Below, piece by piece: positions 37,003-46,575 of a stretch of 64,000 nucleotides of DNA. Origin of the DNA: a candidate division FCPU426 bacterium (GTDB lineage Bacteria; Oederibacteriota; JAAXVQ01; JAUVAV01); contig JBFLYH010000001.1 in NCBI GenBank assembly GCA_040756875.1, positions 640,001-704,000 of the forward strand, given 5' to 3'. The translations under genes were made by a program, and so were the position numbers. The notes under the pieces are model-generated. The model was not told the origin of the DNA and made no database searches. It was given only the letters and a program-made list of their open reading frames with translations. Each line of letters begins with the position of its first letter. The stretch's first letter is position 1.

Positions 37003-38048
37003 AGCGGGTCACGGCATATCTCCGGGCGGCTGCCGGCGTTTTTTTCATTCTCGGAATTACCGCTGCGGCGCGGGCTGCGGACAACGAGGAAGCGGCTTAC
37101 CGCGAAGCCGCAGTCTGGTTCAACCAGGGCGACTGGGCCAAGGCCCGCGACGCCTTCACGCGATTTCTCGAGCAATATCCCAAGTCCGGCTGGCAACCGG
37201 CCGTCCAGCTGCGCCTGGCGGATTTGGAGCCGGACACCCCAAAAGCCGTGGAACAGTACCGCCAGGTGCTGCGCCAATGGCCCAAAAGCGAATGGGCCCA
37301 GGACGCGCGCTGGGCCCTGGCGCAAACGCTGTTCGTGGGTGGCGATTTAAAAGCCGCGCTGGCGGAACTGAATTCCATCGGCCCGGAAAGCGGCGGGCGC
37401 CATCCGCACGCCCTGTACCTGGCCGGCCTGTGCCAGCTGCAAAACCGGCAGTACGCGGAAGCCAAGTCCTCCTTCGACGACGTGCTTTCCCAGTATGCCG
37501 CCTCGGAATGGGCCGGCCCGAGTTTGGTGGGGCTGGCTGAAGCCGAATTGGGGATGAACAACGCGCAGGCCGCGCTCAACGCCCTGGACCGGTATCTCCA
37601 GGAAAACCCCCAGGGCGATTTTGCGGCGCAGGCCCTGGCAGCCAAAGCCCGGGCCGCAGAACGCCAGGGCGGCCCGCAGGCTGCCACCGGCATCCTTCAG
37701 GACCTGATGGCGCGTTATGCGGAAAGCTACGAGGCTGAACAGGCCCGCCCGCGCTTGGCCGCCGGCGCGAATGCTCCGGCCCCGGCAACCGGGGAAACCG
37801 GCAAGTACACGGTCCAGGTCGGGGCCTTTGCCAAAGCCGACTACGCCCAAAAACTGGTGGAACGCCTGCGCAAGAAAGGCTACAACGCCTATATCCTGGA
37901 AACCCGCCAGGGGGAGGAAGTGTTCAGCCAGGTGCGCGTCGGCCACTACGCCTCCCGGGAATTTGCTCAAAAGATCGGGGACAAACTGTCCCGCAGCGAC
38001 AAGCTGCCGTATCTGGTCATTCCCTATACGCCCGTGGAAAAGAAGTAG
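36999..38048 (+). CDS. Exported TPR + SPOR domain protein
   Basis: Signal peptide, YP.S TPR repeats, C-terminal YTVQVGAF...VRVG SPOR domain. Confidence 0.85.
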   Translation: MKRVTAYLRAAAGVFFILGITAAARAADNEEAAYREAAVWFNQGDWAKARDAFTRFLEQYPKSGWQPAVQLRLADLEPDTPKAVEQYRQVLRQWPKSEWAQDARWALAQTLFVGGDLKAALAELNSIGPESGGRHPHALYLAGLCQLQNRQYAEAKSSFDDVLSQYAASEWAGPSLVGLAEAELGMNNAQAALNALDRYLQENPQGDFAAQALAAKARAAERQGGPQAATGILQDLMARYAESYEAEQARPRLAAGANAPAPATGETGKYTVQVGAFAKADYAQKLVERLRKKGYNAYILETRQGEEVFSQVRVGHYASREFAQKIGDKLSRSDKLPYLVIPYTPVEKK

Positions 38049-38058
38049 CCAGGATCCC

Positions 38059-40293
38059 ATGACCCCTCCTGCCAACCGTTCCGTACCGCCCCAGGAAACC
38101 AGAACTGAAAAAGCCACTCCCATGATGCAGCAATACCAGCGGATCAAGGACGAGCATCCCGAGGCGCTGCTGGAACTGGGGCGGCTGCAGCCCGCGGAAA
38201 TCCTGCTGCCCGACGACTGGGCGCCTGACCGCAAGGGCAGGCTGGCCGCGGCGGCGGGGGCCGTGCTGACCGACCTTCCGGGGTTCCGCTTCGACGAGGA
38301 TGCGGGTCGCAGCCAGCTGCTGGAATTTTTCCGCCTGGATTCCCTCGAGGGGTCCGGCCTGGCCGCGTACGGTCCGGGACTGGGCGCCTCGGCCGCGGCC
38401 CTGTTCTACCTGGCCGAGACCCAGCGGAGCAGCCTCAGCCATATCCACCGCCTGTCTCCGTACACACTTTCCACGCACATGCGCCTGGATGAGGCCACGA
38501 TCCGGAATCTGGAGCTGGTGCGCAGCCTCAGCGACGGTTCGCGGCGGAACACGTTGCTGGATGTTTTGGATTGCAGCCGCACTTCCATGGGCGCGCGCAA
38601 ATTGCGGCAATGGGTGCTGCGGCCGCTGCTGGACCTGGGCCAGATCCGCGCCCGGCAGGCCGCGGTGGCCGAACTGGCCGAGCCCGGCAGCCGGCGGCAG
38701 GCCCTGACCGACCTGCTGGACCGCACGTACGACCTGGAGCGCCTGGCCGGGCGCGTGGGCGCGCAATCCGCCACCCCCCGCGATTTATCGGCCCTGGCCG
38801 CCACGCTTCGCCTGCTGCCCGAACTCAAGCAGGCGCTCGGCCATTTTTCTTCCGGGCTGCTGGCCGGTTCCGCGCGGACCCTGCCGGAGTGCGCCTCCAC
38901 GGCGGAGTTGTTGAGCCGGGCGCTGGTGGATCAGCCGCCGGTCACCCACAAAGAAGGCGGCGTGATCCGGGCCGGGTACCATGCGGAGGTGGACGAACTC
39001 CGCGACCTCAGCCATTCGGGCCGCAACACCATCGCGTCGCTGCAGGCGCGCGAGAGGGAGCAGACCGGAATCTCCAGCCTGAAAGTGGAGTACAATCAGG
39101 TGTTCGGGTATTACTTCGAGGTCACCAAGGCCAACGCCAAGCTGGTGCCCGAGCACTACCAGCGCAAGCAAACCCTGGTCAACTCCGAACGCTACACCAC
39201 GCCCGAGCTCCTGGAATACGAACGCAAGGTCTTGGGCGCCCAGGACCGCCTGATGGCTCTGGAGGAGGAGCTGTTTCTCGAGCTGCGCCGGAAAGTCAGC
39301 GGGCAGCTGCTCGAAATCCAGCAGGCCGCGGCCGAGGTGGCGCAGCTGGACGCGCTGCTGTCGCTGGCCGAGGCCGCGCTGCGGTACCAATACCAGCGCC
39401 CTGTGGTGGACGACGGCCCGGTGCTGGAGATCCAGGACGGCCGGCACCCGGTGGTGGAGCGGCTGACGCCGGACAAGTTCGTCCCCAACAGCGTGCTGCT
39501 CGACAAGGAGCAAAACAAAGTCCTGATCATCACCGGCCCCAACATGGCCGGCAAATCAACCTACCTGCGGCAGACCGCTTTGATCGTCATCATGGCGCAG
39601 ATCGGCAGCCTGGTGCCCGCGGGTTCGGCCCGCATCGGGCTGGTGGACCGGGTCTTCACCCGAGTCGGCGCGGCGGACAACCTGGCCCAGGGGCAAAGCA
39701 CCTTCATGGTGGAAATGACCGAAACCGCCAATATCCTCCGCCACGCCACCCCGCGCTCCCTGGTCATCCTGGACGAGGTGGGGCGGGGCACCAGCACTTT
39801 CGACGGCGTGTCCATTGCCTGGGCCGTGGCCGAGTATCTGCACGACCGCGCGGACGCCAAAACCCTCTTTGCCACCCACTACTACGAGCTGACCGAACTG
39901 GCCCTGTCCAAGCCGCAGGTGAAAAATTTCAACATCGCGGTCAGGGAATGGAAGGACCAGATTATCTTCCTGCGCAAAATCGTGGCCGGCAGCGCGGACC
40001 GCTCCTACGGCATCCAGGTCGCCCGGTTGGCCGGGCTGCCCAACGAAGTGATCAGCCGGGCCCAGGAAGTGCTTTTGAACCTGGAGAAGGCCAACTACAC
40101 CGAGGCAGGCTCCTCGCGCCTGGCTGAACACGCGGGCGAGTCCCAGGCCGCAGGCGCGGGGCAAATGGGCCTGTTCGAGGACGCTCCGGCCCGGGAATTG
40201 GCGCGCTGGTTCGCGGACCTGGACCCGGAGCGCATGACCCCGCTCGAGGCGCTCAACGCCCTGTCCGCGCTCAAACGCAAATTGGAACCCTGA
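38059..40293 (+). CDS. mutS: DNA mismatch repair protein MutS with apparent in-frame internal deletion of domain I and part of domain II
   Basis: TPMMQQY start, ITGPNMAGKST, STFMVEM, DEVGRGTSTFDG, FATHY, SYGIQVA; 744 aa; GxFYE motif absent. Confidence 0.93.
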   Translation: MTPPANRSVPPQETRTEKATPMMQQYQRIKDEHPEALLELGRLQPAEILLPDDWAPDRKGRLAAAAGAVLTDLPGFRFDEDAGRSQLLEFFRLDSLEGSGLAAYGPGLGASAAALFYLAETQRSSLSHIHRLSPYTLSTHMRLDEATIRNLELVRSLSDGSRRNTLLDVLDCSRTSMGARKLRQWVLRPLLDLGQIRARQAAVAELAEPGSRRQALTDLLDRTYDLERLAGRVGAQSATPRDLSALAATLRLLPELKQALGHFSSGLLAGSARTLPECASTAELLSRALVDQPPVTHKEGGVIRAGYHAEVDELRDLSHSGRNTIASLQAREREQTGISSLKVEYNQVFGYYFEVTKANAKLVPEHYQRKQTLVNSERYTTPELLEYERKVLGAQDRLMALEEELFLELRRKVSGQLLEIQQAAAEVAQLDALLSLAEAALRYQYQRPVVDDGPVLEIQDGRHPVVERLTPDKFVPNSVLLDKEQNKVLIITGPNMAGKSTYLRQTALIVIMAQIGSLVPAGSARIGLVDRVFTRVGAADNLAQGQSTFMVEMTETANILRHATPRSLVILDEVGRGTSTFDGVSIAWAVAEYLHDRADAKTLFATHYYELTELALSKPQVKNFNIAVREWKDQIIFLRKIVAGSADRSYGIQVARLAGLPNEVISRAQEVLLNLEKANYTEAGSSRLAEHAGESQAAGAGQMGLFEDAPARELARWFADLDPERMTPLEALNALSALKRKLEP

Positions 40294-40297
40294 CCGC

Positions 40298-41554
40298 ATG
40301 AACAAATGGTCCGGCCTGCTGGGGCGCTTCGGCGCTTACGGTTTTTTCAAGGAACTGGTCTTTTTCGAACCCTTCCTGATCCTGTTCCTGCGCGGGCAAG
40401 GGCTTTCGTTTTTCGCCATCGGCGTCCTGATCGCAACGCGCGAACTGACGACCACGCTGGCCGAGATCCCCACGGGCGTGGCCGCGGATTTGTGGGGGCG
40501 CCGCCGGGCGCTCGTGGCCTCCTTTGCCAGCTTCATCCTCAGCTTCCTGTTTTTCTATTTCAGCCGTTCGTTCGCCGGTTTTTTCCTGGCCATGATGTGG
40601 TTCGGGCTGGGCGAAGCCTACCGTTCAGGCACGCATAAAGCCATGATCCTGGAATATTTGGACCTGCGCCCCGGGGAGGGCCTCAAGGCGGTCACGGCAT
40701 TTGCCTTTGTGCGGGCCTGGTCGCAGATCGGCGCTGCGCTGTCCGCCGTGCTGGCCGCGGCCTTCGTTTTTTGGCAGAGCAACTACCGCGTGGTGTTTCT
40801 GGCCAGCGTCTGGCCGTACATTTTCGGGGGCCTGCTGGTGATGACCTATCCGCGGGAACTGGACGGAGAGCGCGCCCGGAAGGGGACCTGGAAAGCCTGG
40901 TGGCAGTTCACGGTTGATTCCACGCGGCATTTCTTCGAACAGCCCGCGCTGCGGCTGGGGCTCATCAACAGCGCGCTGGACAAAACCCTCTACAAAACCA
41001 GCAAGGATTACCTGCAACCCGTGATCGCGGCCAGCGCCCTGGGGCTGCTGCCGTTTTTACCCGGGCTCCTGCCCCGGGCGACCGTGCCGCAGGTCGTGGC
41101 CGTGGCCGCGGCTGTCATTTACCTGGGGCTGTATCTCGGCAGCGCCCTGGCTTCGAGCCTGAGCGGAAAAATGGAAGCTTTTCTCGGCGGGGAACCTCGG
41201 GCGCTCAACCGCACGTATTTCGGCTATCTGGCGGCGTTTCTTACGGCCCTGCTGGCCCTGCCCGCGGGATGGTGGTGGGCCGTGGTGGCCGCTTTCTGGG
41301 CGATCAGCGCGCTCCAGAATGCGCGCCGCCCCATGATCCTTTCCTATCTGGGCCTGTATATGGAGCGGAGCGAACGCGCGACCATGCTGTCCGTGGAAAC
41401 CGTGATCCAAACCCTGATGACCATGGTCCTGGCGCCTGTCATCGGCGCGCTGGTGGACGCCTTCGGGCTTGGCGCCGTGTTTGCGGCGGGAGTGGCGGTT
41501 TTCGGCCTCGCGGGCTGGGTGGTGCGGCTGCGGGCTGAGGGGCCTAGAGTTTAG
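40298..41554 (+). CDS. MFS transporter
   Basis: About 12 hydrophobic segments; EIPTGVAADLWGRRR motif A. Confidence 0.9.
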   Translation: MNKWSGLLGRFGAYGFFKELVFFEPFLILFLRGQGLSFFAIGVLIATRELTTTLAEIPTGVAADLWGRRRALVASFASFILSFLFFYFSRSFAGFFLAMMWFGLGEAYRSGTHKAMILEYLDLRPGEGLKAVTAFAFVRAWSQIGAALSAVLAAAFVFWQSNYRVVFLASVWPYIFGGLLVMTYPRELDGERARKGTWKAWWQFTVDSTRHFFEQPALRLGLINSALDKTLYKTSKDYLQPVIAASALGLLPFLPGLLPRATVPQVVAVAAAVIYLGLYLGSALASSLSGKMEAFLGGEPRALNRTYFGYLAAFLTALLALPAGWWWAVVAAFWAISALQNARRPMILSYLGLYMERSERATMLSVETVIQTLMTMVLAPVIGALVDAFGLGAVFAAGVAVFGLAGWVVRLRAEGPRV

Positions 41555-42011
41555 CTTTGAGGTCCAACAAGGCCAGGAAGTGTTTGCGCTCTTCGGCGAT
41601 GATGGCGTCGAGCGGGTTTTCACGGCGCGTCAGCAAGAGCGGGCGGGTTTCCTGATAGAAGTGGATGGAGTCCAGCTCGCGCTGGAGCGCGAATGCAATG
41701 GCCGCGTGGACGTCATTGGCCGCGGCCCGGGCCGCGGTTTCCGGGTTGGGGAAAATGACGTTCTTTACGAAGGCGCTGACGTATTCGAGCATTTCCTGCG
41801 GATAACTCTCAAGCGAAGGCCGGTCGGCCAGTTGGGACATCAGCCCGGCAAACGTCTCGCGGTGCTTCACTTCTTCGTCCGCGAGGTGGGTGAAGAGGTC
41901 GGCCGCCTGCTTCTCTTTCGTCTGCTTCGCGGCCAGCCGGTAAAACGCCTCGCCGCGCTCCTCGATCATCACGGCGGCTTTCAGGATCTCCTGGGGGCTA
42001 AGCACGTTCAT
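41544..42011 (-). CDS. Ferritin-like (rubrerythrin family) di-iron protein
   Basis: E..G..FY, LADEEVKH, RELDSIHFY, EERKH. Confidence 0.88.
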   Translation of the reverse strand: MNVLSPQEILKAAVMIEERGEAFYRLAAKQTKEKQAADLFTHLADEEVKHRETFAGLMSQLADRPSLESYPQEMLEYVSAFVKNVIFPNPETAARAAANDVHAAIAFALQRELDSIHFYQETRPLLLTRRENPLDAIIAEERKHFLALLDLKAKL

Positions 42012-42519
42012 GGTGTTCCTCCTTGCCGATAGTCGGATGTGCCGTTCTCAGGCATTCCGCCAGCTGTTCCACGGTTTCGGCGACTGCCGGACTGAGGCCG
42101 CTGTCCCATTCCAGGGACGCGGGCTGGATGACCAGCAGCCAGATTTTTATTCCCGGCACACGGGCCGACCAGTAGGCGGCCGCCAGATCGAGCGAAAGCG
42201 CGTGGGTGGAAAGCCCGCCGGCCCTGAGCGACTCCGCGTCCACGATCCAGGCGTCGCCCGGATGGCCGCCCCACTCGGCCGCATCCGCCAAAATCAGGGT
42301 GTCCGGACGCGCGGCGACTACTTTTTCCAGATGGTTTTCCGGAGCCACGCCGGCGTCCGCAGCCTGCCAGCGCCCATGGTCTGCCAGGCGGCTGATCAAA
42401 GCCGGGCCTGCGCCGTCGTCCCCGCGCTGGACATTGCCGATGCCCAGCCAGAAAATCCTGCCTGCCAGGCGCGGCCGGAGTTCGTGTTCCCAGAAATAAT
42501 TCAGCCTGTCAGACTGCAA
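41998..42519 (-). CDS. Hydrogenase maturation endopeptidase (HycI-like)
   Basis: GIGNVQRGDDGAG, APEN, DAA..G..PG, STH motif. Confidence 0.9.
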   Translation of the reverse strand: MQSDRLNYFWEHELRPRLAGRIFWLGIGNVQRGDDGAGPALISRLADHGRWQAADAGVAPENHLEKVVAARPDTLILADAAEWGGHPGDAWIVDAESLRAGGLSTHALSLDLAAAYWSARVPGIKIWLLVIQPASLEWDSGLSPAVAETVEQLAECLRTAHPTIGKEEHHERA

Positions 42520-43120
42520 GGGCGGTCGCCCTCCGGCAGCGGGGACACTGGATCGTCAGGTGCTGGCCGCGGTGCGGCGCATCCGGATCCGAGGCCACGG
42601 GGTCGGAAACCACGGCCAGGTCCTTGAGCGTGACCAGCATCAGGGTCGAATTGGCGAACGCCAGGGGCCCCAGGCGCCGGATGACCCAGCGCAGCTGGGC
42701 GACCGGCGCGATCACGCAGCCGCAGGCTTCGCACAGCAGCAGCTCCTTTTCCACGCTTTCCTCAAAATCCGCGGGTTTGAAACCGGCGAAGTCGAACTCG
42801 TTGGTCAGGCGGATGCCTTTCTCGGTGGTGCAGTACCGCTCGCACTGGCCGCAGCAGATGCAGGAATCAAGGTGCTGGACCAGGCGGCGCCGGGGCGGCC
42901 GGGCGCTGACGTCGTCCGTCACGTCGATGCAGCGCGCGGGGCAGACTTCGGCGCAGGCGCCGCAGCCGATGCAGTCTTCGGACTGGTAGCGTGGGCGGCC
43001 GCGGAACGAGGGCTGGGCGGTGTACGGCTCGGCCGGGTAGCGGGTGGTGAACGGCGGCGAGAACAGCGCTTTAAGCGCCGTCTTGAGGATCCGGGGCTGC
43101 AGCAGGGCGGGCAGCTTCAT
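42509..43120 (-). CDS. 2x[4Fe-4S] hydrogenase subunit (NuoI/HycF/MbhN-like)
   Basis: TTRYP, FRGRP, CIGCGACAEVCP, CICCGQCERYC, extra CEAC...CPRC. Confidence 0.9.
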   Translation of the reverse strand: MKLPALLQPRILKTALKALFSPPFTTRYPAEPYTAQPSFRGRPRYQSEDCIGCGACAEVCPARCIDVTDDVSARPPRRRLVQHLDSCICCGQCERYCTTEKGIRLTNEFDFAGFKPADFEESVEKELLLCEACGCVIAPVAQLRWVIRRLGPLAFANSTLMLVTLKDLAVVSDPVASDPDAPHRGQHLTIQCPRCRRATALAV

Positions 43121-43443
43121 GGCTGGTCCTCGGCCAGGTCGTCGCGCACGCTGTGGGACCACAGCTGGATGCCCGCGGCGTGCGCGCCTTTGGCCAGCGC
43201 GTCGGCCGCGGTGGGCGAGGTGATGAGGATGAAGAGCAGGCACAGGGCGCTTTGCACCACGGCCGGCCAGGAGTTCACCAGGAGCATGGTGCCGATCAGG
43301 ATCATGCAGGTGCCCATGGTCACGCATTTCGTGGCCGCCTGCAGGCGGTTGTAGAGGTCGGGCAGGCGCACCAGGCCCAGGCAGCCGATCAGGTCAAAGA
43401 GCACCCCGACCACCAGCGCGGACATTCCCAGGATTTTAATCAT
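43117..43443 (-). CDS. Mrp antiporter subunit G-like
   Basis: GLVRLPDLYNRLQAATK. Confidence 0.9.
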   Translation of the reverse strand: MIKILGMSALVVGVLFDLIGCLGLVRLPDLYNRLQAATKCVTMGTCMILIGTMLLVNSWPAVVQSALCLLFILITSPTAADALAKGAHAAGIQLWSHSVRDDLAEDQP

Positions 43444-43705
43444 CGAACCCCCTGCCTTCCAGGTGCTTGGCCAGGGCCAGGGTGCCGATGAAGCTGAGCA
43501 GGGCCCAGGAAATGGCCACGTTGAGGAAATAGGTCTTGCCGGTGCTCACGGCCAGCAGGGCCGTGAACCCCACCACCACGATGCCCAGCATGTCGATGGC
43601 CACGGTGCGGTCCGGCGGCGTGGGACCGCGCCAAATGCGGTACAGGCAGAACGCCCCGCAGAGGAGCAGCCCGAAAAACAGGAAGCTGAAGAACCAGGAA
43701 ACCAT
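43436..43705 (-). CDS. Mrp antiporter subunit F-like
   Basis: RIWRGPTPPDRTVAID; LSFIGTLALAK. Confidence 0.9.
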   Translation of the reverse strand: MVSWFFSFLFFGLLLCGAFCLYRIWRGPTPPDRTVAIDMLGIVVVGFTALLAVSTGKTYFLNVAISWALLSFIGTLALAKHLEGRGFDD

Positions 43706-43730
43706 AGGGGACTCCTTTCGCGATCCGGCG

Positions 43731-44255
43731 CTATTCGAAAACCCGGCGGATCAGCGCTTCGTAGCGGCCGATGGTGCGGCGCCTGAATTCCTCCTGGTCA
43801 TGGCCCAGGATATTCATCCAATGCACATAGAAGGTCCCGTCGGGCAGGACCTCCACGGTCAGCGTGCCCGGCGTGAGCGTGATGGAATTGGCCAGCACGG
43901 TCAGCGCGGTCTCGGTTTTGAGCGTGGATTTCACTTTCACGATGCCAGGGTGAATCGGGATCTTGGGGTGCAGCACGCGGTAGGCCACGTCGAAATTGGC
44001 TTTGACGAGGTGGTAAAGAAACACGGCCAGGTAGACCATGAACCAGAAATAGCGCACCGGATTGAGCAGGCGGCCGAAGAGCTGCACGGAAAATTCCCGC
44101 ATGACCAGGGCCACCAGCGCAGCCACGCCCAGGCCCACGTAGATGTCCTCGAGCCTGACCTGCCCGGGTTCAGGGCCGAACGGCCAGACCAGGAGCAGCC
44201 ACAGGGCGAAAGAAATCAGGAAGAGCGTTACGCGTTTCCACACGGCCAGTCCCAT
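43731..44255 (-). CDS. Mrp antiporter subunit E-like
   Basis: KANFDVA, PGIV, LANSITLTPGTL, YVHW. Confidence 0.92.
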   Translation of the reverse strand: MGLAVWKRVTLFLISFALWLLLVWPFGPEPGQVRLEDIYVGLGVAALVALVMREFSVQLFGRLLNPVRYFWFMVYLAVFLYHLVKANFDVAYRVLHPKIPIHPGIVKVKSTLKTETALTVLANSITLTPGTLTVEVLPDGTFYVHWMNILGHDQEEFRRRTIGRYEALIRRVFE

Positions 44256-44257
44256 GG

Positions 44258-45724
44258 TCAAGGCACCCAGAATCCTTTCTGCAGGGCTGCGGCAGCCGGC
44301 TCGATCAGCCACGGCTGCGCCAATCCGGGAATCACCGCCAGGGCGGACGCGATGCACGCCAGGGCCAGCAGGACCATGGCCGCGCCCATCAGCCAGGGCG
44401 TCCGCGCGGGAGGGGCGTCCGCGCCCTTGCCCTGCGGCCCCCCGAAAAAGGCGTAGCGCTGGACTTTCAGGAACGAGGCCAACGTCAGGATGCTGACCGC
44501 GATCGCCCAGGTTCCCAGCCAGTAATGCCCGCTTTCCACGCAGGCCAGGATGATGATCAGCTTGCTCCAAAAACCGTTGAAAGGCGGAATGCCCGCGATC
44601 GAAAGGGAGGCGATCAGGGACGTGCGGGCCGTGACCGGCAGGGCCCGGTGCAGGCCGCCCAGTTCGTGCAAGTCGCGCGTGCCGGTGGAATACTCGACAG
44701 CGCCCGCGTTCAGGAACAGGAGGGATTTGAACAGCGAGTGGTTAAGCAGGTGGTACAGCGCGCCGACCGCGCCCAGGGGCGTTCCCAGGCTCAGCCCCAG
44801 CACGACATATCCGATCTGGCTGATGCTGTGATAGGCGAACAGCCGCTTCATGTCCCACTGGCCGATGGCCAGGAGCACGCCCACGACCATCGAGAGCACG
44901 GCCAGGCCCTGGAAGATCAGCAGGAGCCGGGGCGCGGGGCCGAAAACATTGAAAATCAGCCGGGCCAGCACGTACACGCCGATGGCCTTGATCAGCACGC
45001 CCGAGAGCATGGCCGAAATCGGGGCCGGCGCCGCGGGATGGGCGTCCGGGAGCCAGGCATGGAAGGGGACGATGGCGCTTTTCACGGCCAGTCCGCTGAT
45101 AAACAGGGCCAACGCGAACAGCACCGGCTGTCCGGCGGGCAGGCTGCGCAGTTTGACGGCGATCTGGCCGAGGTGCAGCGAGCCGGTCAGGGCGTACAGC
45201 AGGCCGATGCCCAGCAGGATCAGGAGCGTGGCCAGGCTGCCCTGGATCAGGTATTTGAAGGACGCTTCCAGCTGCTCCTGGTCGCCCCCGAACGCCACCA
45301 GCGCGTACGAGGCGATGGACGAGAGTTCCACGAAGATATACAAGGTGAACAAATCGTTGGCCAAAACGACGCCGTTCATGCCCGCGATCATGCACAGGAA
45401 CAGGGTGTAATAGCGGAGTTTGGAAGTGTACTGGCGCATGTAGGCGGTCGAGTACATGGCAATCGCCATCCCGACGCCGTTGATGATAAGGAGCAGCAGC
45501 GCGGTCAGGCCGTCCAGGCGGAGCTCAATGCCCAGGGGCACGGGCCAGGCGCCGAGCTGGACGAAGCCGCTGCGGCCGAGGCAGCGGACCGCCATAAGGG
45601 CCAGGGCCAGCAGAGCGGCATTGCCCAGCAGGTCCGGCAGCAGACGCCACCAGCGGCCGACCAGGGGCAGCAGAAAAGCCGTTCCCAGGGGAATCAGAAT
45701 GAAGAGGGGCAACCAGTCCAGCAC
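44258..45724 (-). CDS. Mrp subunit D / MbhH-like ion-translocating membrane subunit
   Basis: DLFTLYIFVE, PFHAWLPDAH, HSISQIGY, NHSLFKSLLF, PPFNGFWSK. Confidence 0.92.
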   Translation of the reverse strand: MLDWLPLFILIPLGTAFLLPLVGRWWRLLPDLLGNAALLALALMAVRCLGRSGFVQLGAWPVPLGIELRLDGLTALLLLIINGVGMAIAMYSTAYMRQYTSKLRYYTLFLCMIAGMNGVVLANDLFTLYIFVELSSIASYALVAFGGDQEQLEASFKYLIQGSLATLLILLGIGLLYALTGSLHLGQIAVKLRSLPAGQPVLFALALFISGLAVKSAIVPFHAWLPDAHPAAPAPISAMLSGVLIKAIGVYVLARLIFNVFGPAPRLLLIFQGLAVLSMVVGVLLAIGQWDMKRLFAYHSISQIGYVVLGLSLGTPLGAVGALYHLLNHSLFKSLLFLNAGAVEYSTGTRDLHELGGLHRALPVTARTSLIASLSIAGIPPFNGFWSKLIIILACVESGHYWLGTWAIAVSILTLASFLKVQRYAFFGGPQGKGADAPPARTPWLMGAAMVLLALACIASALAVIPGLAQPWLIEPAAAALQKGFWVP

Positions 45725-46071
45725 TAGCCTCTGAGCCTCCTTAATTCCTTGATGTTGATAGTGTGGTGGCGTTCATAGATGCGGATGGTCAGGGCGACCA
45801 TCAGGATCAGAAGCCCCAAGCCGATCACGATGGAGGTGAGGACCATGGCCTGGGGCAACGGGTCCACCGCGCGGCCCGCGAAAGCGGCCAGGTCTTCGCC
45901 GGCTTTCATCACCGGAGGCTCGCCACCCTGGCGGTAGCCGGTCAAAATCAGGAACAGGTGCACGCCCGCCTCCATGATCACGAACCCGATGATCATTTTC
46001 ACCAAATTGCGCTTGAGCAGCAGGCCGTAAAGGCCCACGCCGACCAGGAACAGGCTGAGAATGTACAGCAT
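45724..46071 (-). CDS. Mrp antiporter subunit C-like
   Basis: KRNLVKMIIG; VDPLPQAMVLTSIVIG. Confidence 0.92.
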   Translation of the reverse strand: MLYILSLFLVGVGLYGLLLKRNLVKMIIGFVIMEAGVHLFLILTGYRQGGEPPVMKAGEDLAAFAGRAVDPLPQAMVLTSIVIGLGLLILMVALTIRIYERHHTINIKELRRLRG

Positions 46072-46072
46072 G

Positions 46073-46555
46073 TCAGGCTTCCTCCGGATCTTCCAGCGCG
46101 TGGTCCCGATGCGCGCCCGGCGGCAGGACGACTTTCACCGCCGATAAAATGACGAATACCACGAACAGCGTCGTGGCCACCATCAAGCTGATGCACAGAT
46201 TGTAGAACATAATGAGGCCGGAGCTGATCAACCGGAAATGATCCTCGGCCGGGGTGGGGAGGAAGTTGTTAAAAAAGCCCCGTCCCCAGAACCAGCCGGC
46301 CGCAGCCAGGCCCAGCAGCGCGAGGGCGCTGACGCTGGACAGGCCGGCGGCCACGTTTTTGCTGAGCAGGCGGTTCTCGGCGGTCTTGCCTTCGGCCAGG
46401 AACACCAGGATGAAGGCGCAGGCGATGATCACGCCGCCCGCGAAACCGCCGCTGTGTTCCAAATGGCCATAGACCGTGAAATAGATCCCCAGGAGCAGGA
46501 TCGGGCCCTTGAGCCAGCGCGCCACGGTTTTGACGATCATGCTCATGCCTGGCAT
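46073..46555 (-). CDS. Mrp subunit B / MbhF-like
   Basis: YGHLEHSGGFAGGVI (GH..PGGGF variant); AAGGAGG RBS before ATG 46555. Confidence 0.85.
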   Translation of the reverse strand: MPGMSMIVKTVARWLKGPILLLGIYFTVYGHLEHSGGFAGGVIIACAFILVFLAEGKTAENRLLSKNVAAGLSSVSALALLGLAAAGWFWGRGFFNNFLPTPAEDHFRLISSGLIMFYNLCISLMVATTLFVVFVILSAVKVVLPPGAHRDHALEDPEEA

Positions 46556-46575
46556 CGAACCGCCTCCTTGGGCCC

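Noticed and set aside
37717-38058. 114-aa N-terminal extension making MutS 858 aa in the ORF track
   Set aside because: It overlaps the SPOR gene in another frame and has no MutS domain I motifs; it only masks the internal deletion.
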